Source of the DNA: Minisyncoccota bacterium
GTDB lineage: Bacteria > Patescibacteriota > Minisyncoccia > Phycocordibacterales > UBA918
DNA length: 64,000 nt
NCBI GenBank assembly: GCA_041389025.1
Contig: JAWKSP010000001.1
Coordinates: forward strand, 414,663 to 478,662
Reading direction: 5' to 3'
Under the pieces are notes generated by a model. The model was not told the DNA's origin and made no database searches. It worked only from the letters and a program-made list of their open reading frames with translations. Position 1 is the stretch's first letter. Every line of letters begins with the position of its first letter. Shown piece by piece: positions 59,534-64,000 of the stretch. The position numbers and the translations under genes are program-made.

Positions 59534-60496
59534 ATGGAGGAAAAAAAAGTAGATTCAAACGAAGTAACATCTGATTCTGTTTCAGGTGATAACACAGCTG
59601 AAGTAAATTCAGAATCAGTACCAGAAAAAAACGATCTGAGTTCAGATATTAAGGAGAACTCACCAGTATCAACTGAAACGATGTCGACTAACAGCGATAG
59701 CCTAAATACTTCTGGTGTAGAGACTGAAGAAGAGGGGAAACCTTTAGGTGCGGTTGAAAATAGTGACGTGACTACTCGTGATGATGGTAAGAAAAAAGTC
59801 AGTCTAAAATCATATGCTATCGCAGCTGTTTTGGTAATTATTATCTCACTAGGCTTATTATTTATGCTTGAGCGTGGCGGGTATGTAAACACCGGTTTGT
59901 TCGCTGCCGTGATTGAAAGTATGGAAACTAAGAAGCCGGCAGCTAAAGTAAATGGAGAGGTTATCACTAAAGGAGATCTAGATAGTGGGGTGAAGCAGTT
60001 GGTTGAAATTGCTAGTTTACAAGGTATGGATGTCAGTGATGATGCGATGAAAGAACAGTTTGAAAATCAAGCACTTGATACATTAATAAACGGAGAAATA
60101 CTTAGACAAAAAGCTATCTCTGAAGGTGTCGAGGCTAAAGAATCTGATATAGATAATCGTTTTAGTGAAATAAGTGAAGGTGTTGGTGGTGATGAAGTTT
60201 TGGAAGAAAGAATGGCTGAATTTGGTATCTCTAAAGAGACTTTACGAAAAGATATTGAAAATGAAATCTTGATCCAAGGTTTGTTTGATAATCTTTTTCC
60301 TGAAACCATTGAAGTAACTGATGAAGACGTGACAACTTTTTATGAAGAGAATGGTGGTGAGGCAGGCGGATTGCCACCATTGGAAGATATAAAAGAACAG
60401 ATAATAGAACAGATACGAGTAAATAAAGAAAATGAGCAGGTTGGACAATATATAGAAGAATTACGACAAGAAGCTGAGATTGAGATTTTGATTTAA
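59534..60496 (+). CDS. Membrane-anchored SurA N-terminal-domain chaperone-like protein with acidic low-complexity N-terminus
   Basis: TM AIAAVLVIIISLGLLFML followed by SurA_N-like helical domain; no PPIase domain. Confidence 0.5.
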   Translation: MEEKKVDSNEVTSDSVSGDNTAEVNSESVPEKNDLSSDIKENSPVSTETMSTNSDSLNTSGVETEEEGKPLGAVENSDVTTRDDGKKKVSLKSYAIAAVLVIIISLGLLFMLERGGYVNTGLFAAVIESMETKKPAAKVNGEVITKGDLDSGVKQLVEIASLQGMDVSDDAMKEQFENQALDTLINGEILRQKAISEGVEAKESDIDNRFSEISEGVGGDEVLEERMAEFGISKETLRKDIENEILIQGLFDNLFPETIEVTDEDVTTFYEENGGEAGGLPPLEDIKEQIIEQIRVNKENEQVGQYIEELRQEAEIEILI

Positions 60497-60588
60497 TACT
60501 TAAAATTTTCTAATAATAAAAAATAAAGGGGTATAACCTCTTTATTTTTTTATTATTAGTCATTTATAAATCTGTTATACTTTAGGTT

Positions 60589-61842
60589 ATGGAAAAAGAT
60601 TTATCGGCTGTAATAAAAGCTATTACAAGAGAATCAAGTGGTCGATTAGAAAAAATACGTCAATTACCACTGATTGAGCAGAGTGCGGTGTTTCAAGAGT
60701 TGTCCCCTTACGTTCAGCAATCCCTTTTGTCAAAAATGAGAATCAATCACATTGTTGAGCTGATTGATTATATGGATCCGCGTCAAGCTGAAAATATCAT
60801 TACCAGAATTAAGGATGATAAAAAGCGCACAAAAATAATAAGAAGAGTAAAAAGTGAAGCTAGGGAAAAGATAGAGTTTTTTCTACGTTTCCATCCCAAG
60901 GCTACAATGTCATTGATTAGCTTTAATTATGTTTTGTTGTCCAGTCAGTCAACAATAACTGAGGCAGCTGATGCAATTGAAGAACACTATCATGACACTG
61001 GAAAGTTTCCGGAAGTGTTGGTGCATGAGAACGGAAAGTTGATTGGAGAAGTACCGATGTCTACTTTGGTCAGGCACCAAAATGGTGCGGTTCTAGGTAA
61101 GTATACGGTGTCTGTGCAGTCAATTACTTTCCAGGCTGAAGTGGCTGAGGTAATCGATGTTCTTACTGTATCTAAACGTAAAAAAGTGGTGGTGCTTGAT
61201 AGTGATGAAAGTGTACTTGGTATTATTTATGCTGATGAAGCGTTAGCTTTGTTTGGTAAATTACCGGCAGAATCTTTTTATAATGTTAGCGGTGTTGATG
61301 AAACGGAACGACCGTTTGACTCAGTTTGGCAAAAATTTAGAAATCGCTATAAATGGTTAATTTTAAACCTAGCTACCGGTTTCTTGGCCGCTTCCATGGT
61401 CTTTATTTTTGCTGATACTTTAGCAGCTTTGGTTATTTTAGCTGCTTATATTCCAATTGTAGCTGGTATGGGTGGTAATGCCGCCAGTCAAACTTTTGCG
61501 GTAATGCTTAGAGGTATTACCTTAGGTACTATTTCTTTTAAAAATGGTTGGCCGGCCATAAGAAGAGAAGTGGGAGCTGGAGTCCTAAATGGTGTTTTAA
61601 TTGGAGCGATTGTAGCAGTGATATCGGTGGTTTGGAATAATGATCCGTTGCTCGGGGTAGTGGTTGGTTTTAGTATGATTGGAGCGCATATCGTGGCTGG
61701 GTTTTTCGGTGCCTTTGTGCCGCTGTTTATCAAGTATTTAGGTAAAGATCCAGCTTCTACTTCAACTATTTTCATCACTACCGCTACTGATGTGCTGGGT
61801 CTTTTTATCTTGCTAAGTCTCGGTTCTTTGATAATGTTATAG
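60589..61842 (+). CDS. mgtE: Magnesium transporter MgtE
   Basis: N-domain, tandem CBS, five C-terminal TM with conserved D in TATDVLG. Confidence 0.85.
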   Translation: MEKDLSAVIKAITRESSGRLEKIRQLPLIEQSAVFQELSPYVQQSLLSKMRINHIVELIDYMDPRQAENIITRIKDDKKRTKIIRRVKSEAREKIEFFLRFHPKATMSLISFNYVLLSSQSTITEAADAIEEHYHDTGKFPEVLVHENGKLIGEVPMSTLVRHQNGAVLGKYTVSVQSITFQAEVAEVIDVLTVSKRKKVVVLDSDESVLGIIYADEALALFGKLPAESFYNVSGVDETERPFDSVWQKFRNRYKWLILNLATGFLAASMVFIFADTLAALVILAAYIPIVAGMGGNAASQTFAVMLRGITLGTISFKNGWPAIRREVGAGVLNGVLIGAIVAVISVVWNNDPLLGVVVGFSMIGAHIVAGFFGAFVPLFIKYLGKDPASTSTIFITTATDVLGLFILLSLGSLIML

Positions 61843-61867
61843 TCATTTAAATTTATAAAATGATTTT

Positions 61868-62695
61868 ATGGGCATAGAAATTTGGTTGGCGGTAGCAGGA
61901 CTCATGTTGGTATCTTTATCTGGAGTTTTGTTTGTTCAAAAAACTATTCGTGGCGTGGTAGAAAACAGATTGCCTTTTTTGGTGTCTTTTTCGGCCGGAG
62001 TTTTTCTGGTGACAGCTGGCGCTTTAACGCTCGAAGTTTTTGAGCAAGTTTCATCGGTGTGGATGGGAGTATTGTTGGTGGTAGGTGGATATCTATTGGC
62101 TACACTTGGAGGTTTTATTATGCCTGAGGTACATCACCATCATGATGAATCTTGTGGTGAAAGTAAATCTTCCGCAAAAAAGTTAATGATTGGAGATGCT
62201 TTACACAATATAGGCGATGGAGTGGTTTTGGTTACTGCTTTTACTGTTTCGCCAATCTTGGGGGTAGCGACCGCAGTATCTTTAGCGGTCCATGAAACTT
62301 TGCAAGAAATTGCTGAATTTTTTGTTTTAAGACAGGCTGGTTATTCAACTAAGCAAGCTTTGCTATTAAATTTTTCCATTTCCTCCACTGTCATAATCGG
62401 TGTTTTAATTGGGTATTTTGCTTTAGATATACCCAATCTTGAAGTGGTGCTTCTAGCGGTGAGTGCTGGATTTTTCTTACAAGTAGTAGTGCATGACCTT
62501 TTGCCAAAGCGAGCCAAATACGAAGAGGAGAAAGAGTTTGGCCTTCATGTGCTTTTGGTTTTAGTTGGGGTGCTTATTATGGCCTTGGTATCAACGGCGC
62601 TTGGAGAAAGTCACTCGCATGGTGGTGATGTTCATGACGATGAGCGTGATGAATACTTACTCGAAATAGAAACGAATCACAACCAAGATCATTAA
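61868..62695 (+). CDS. ZIP-family zinc/iron permease (ZupT-like)
   Basis: His-rich loop EVHHHHDESCGE, HNIGDG and HE motifs in TM4/5. Confidence 0.75.
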   Translation: MGIEIWLAVAGLMLVSLSGVLFVQKTIRGVVENRLPFLVSFSAGVFLVTAGALTLEVFEQVSSVWMGVLLVVGGYLLATLGGFIMPEVHHHHDESCGESKSSAKKLMIGDALHNIGDGVVLVTAFTVSPILGVATAVSLAVHETLQEIAEFFVLRQAGYSTKQALLLNFSISSTVIIGVLIGYFALDIPNLEVVLLAVSAGFFLQVVVHDLLPKRAKYEEEKEFGLHVLLVLVGVLIMALVSTALGESHSHGGDVHDDERDEYLLEIETNHNQDH

Positions 62696-62716
62696 TAAAA
62701 ACAATAATAATATCGT

Positions 62717-63481
62717 ATGAACGCTACACATAATTTTTATGATATCAATAAATTCCCAAAAGAGTACGGGATTATTGTTTTTCCTATTTCGATTGCAAGA
62801 GCTCAAAATGGTACCGGTCAGGATCCAAAACAGTGCTTAGAATATCTATATCACTTTTCTCCCTCTAAAGTGAGTGCTCCTAAAATAGGACTAAACGTAG
62901 TATATAGTGATTCTTTGTATCTGCATTCTGATTTACCGGCCGCTAGTTTAAAAGAACGTTTCTCAAAAATTATTTTAGCTCACAAAAACGCTCTTAGTCG
63001 CTTACTTGACAAAGATAGGGAACGTTTTCAGATACAGCACGCTTTTTCTTATGAGGTTTGGAACCAGTTATATCTTAGTTATCAAGGGGATTTTACTTCT
63101 GACTTCGCTCGATTTAGAAAAATGTATGATGCTGACCCGTTGTTTCAAAAATATGTGGCTGAGGACGCCAAATATGCCGGTAGAGAACTGGATGACAATC
63201 AAACCAATTTCTTTTTAGAAGAACACTTAATAGTATATTCTTTAAGTAAAAGAAAAATTTCTCTACCAAACGAATACATAATGGGGCGTGAAGAATGGGT
63301 TTTGGTTTGCTATCCAGGGGTTCCGCTTAAAGCACAGATATACACGATGCAAATGAATCCATTTAACCTAAATGACCAGACTAACCCTTACCAAAATCAT
63401 TGGTATGACTTAGAATCCAGACGGCTAACTGACATGAGTAAAGTTGACTTGGAAGTCTACAACTATCAATATCCAAATTGA
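62717..63481 (+). CDS. Hypothetical protein
   Basis: 254-aa ORF, no motif recognised. Confidence 0.45.
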   Translation: MNATHNFYDINKFPKEYGIIVFPISIARAQNGTGQDPKQCLEYLYHFSPSKVSAPKIGLNVVYSDSLYLHSDLPAASLKERFSKIILAHKNALSRLLDKDRERFQIQHAFSYEVWNQLYLSYQGDFTSDFARFRKMYDADPLFQKYVAEDAKYAGRELDDNQTNFFLEEHLIVYSLSKRKISLPNEYIMGREEWVLVCYPGVPLKAQIYTMQMNPFNLNDQTNPYQNHWYDLESRRLTDMSKVDLEVYNYQYPN

Positions 63482-63536
63482 TTAGCTGGCAAGCAAAATA
63501 GGTAAGAAATGATGTTTTTTGTTATACTTTAGGTTA

Positions 63537-64000
63537 TGAGTCGAATGGAGATTTGGACTACATATATTTTATTGATCGTTTTCTTGGTTATGGGTGGTTT
63601 TTTTGTTTATGCTACATATCAAAGCGATGAAAAAATGATTGATATCGATAAAGGTTTAGACAATCTTGGCAAGTCTGATTTAAGTAATCAGTTTAAATCA
63701 GACTTTGCAACTTCTACTTTAGATAACACTGACCAAACCAACTGGCGAGAAATCTATCCAAACACTGTGACTATTATGATTGGAGAGACTATCGTAAATG
63801 CTTCTCTGGCTAAAACTTTACCAGAAGTAATAAAAGGTCTGTCCGACACTCCTTATTTACCAGAAGATGTAGTTAAGCTATTCATCTTTGATCAGTTAGG
63901 GTTTCATCCGATTTGGATGAAGGATATGAATTATTCTATAGACATTCTGTGGCTAAATAAGGATAAAGAAATTATTCATATAATAAAAGAAGCAAGTCCA
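63537..64000 (+). CDS. DUF192 (COG1430)-like protein, 3'-partial
   Basis: N-terminal TM; GFHPIWMKDMNYSIDILWLNKD resembles DUF192 core; runs off window. Confidence 0.5.

Noticed and set aside
59515-59967. 150-aa minus-strand ORF antisense to the SurA-like gene
   Set aside because: Ser/Thr/Phe-rich translation of the antisense frame of the acidic low-complexity region; no start context.

Overview
The window is a low-GC, gene-dense bacterial segment with short intergenic spacers, many leaderless-looking starts and reduced proteins. It reads as a small-genome monoderm-like organism; a Candidate Phyla Radiation / Patescibacteria-like origin is my inference, not something verified. TGA is a stop codon (pilB and other genes end in TGA, and an RF2 gene is present), so the standard bacterial code applies.

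Features from 5' to 3':
- Housekeeping: ftsH, an efflux operon resembling MacAB / YknXYZ on the minus strand, and recG.
- A tRNA-Ile(UAU)-like gene flanked by degenerate copies of its own halves.
- Two paralogous secreted proteins sharing a PEP-CTERM-like C-terminal signal.
- Malic enzyme.
- A cell-wall module: a MliC/DUF4377/META lipoprotein, a secreted M23 peptidase-like protein and a small secreted peptide.
- tRNA-Ser.
- A large type IV pilus / competence super-locus: comFC, pilMNO, pilB, a single-domain receiver, pilT, pilC, major pilin, pilD and four minor pilins. A brnT/brnA toxin-antitoxin pair sits inside it.
- ligA, then gatC and gatA.
- A membrane-anchored DUF4145/HEPN-like protein.
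- A tandem array of tRNA-fMet-like repeats ending in an intact initiator tRNA; two tandem nucleotidyltransferase paralogs; then tRNA-Met followed by direct repeats of its own 3' end; then tRNA-Asp and tRNA-Thr.
- An N-terminally shortened prfB with no frameshift site, followed by ftsEX, pyrG and tRNA-Gln.
- A copper / sulfur-stress island: multicopper oxidase, a CPH-type P1B ATPase, a CsoR/RcnR-family repressor with a G-tract palindromic operator, rhodanese, a persulfide-dioxygenase-like MBL protein and YbjQ.
- A two-component pair, a TrmH-family methyltransferase, mgtE and a ZIP transporter.

Most notable findings:
- The recurring duplication of tRNA termini next to tRNA genes.
- The candidate tRNA-Ile(UAU), with exactly two CAU tRNAs (initiator and elongator) in the window.
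- The shortened, frameshift-less RF2.
- The PEP-CTERM-like paralog pair.
- The HEPN-like orphan gene.
- The CstR-like arrangement of the metal/sulfur island.
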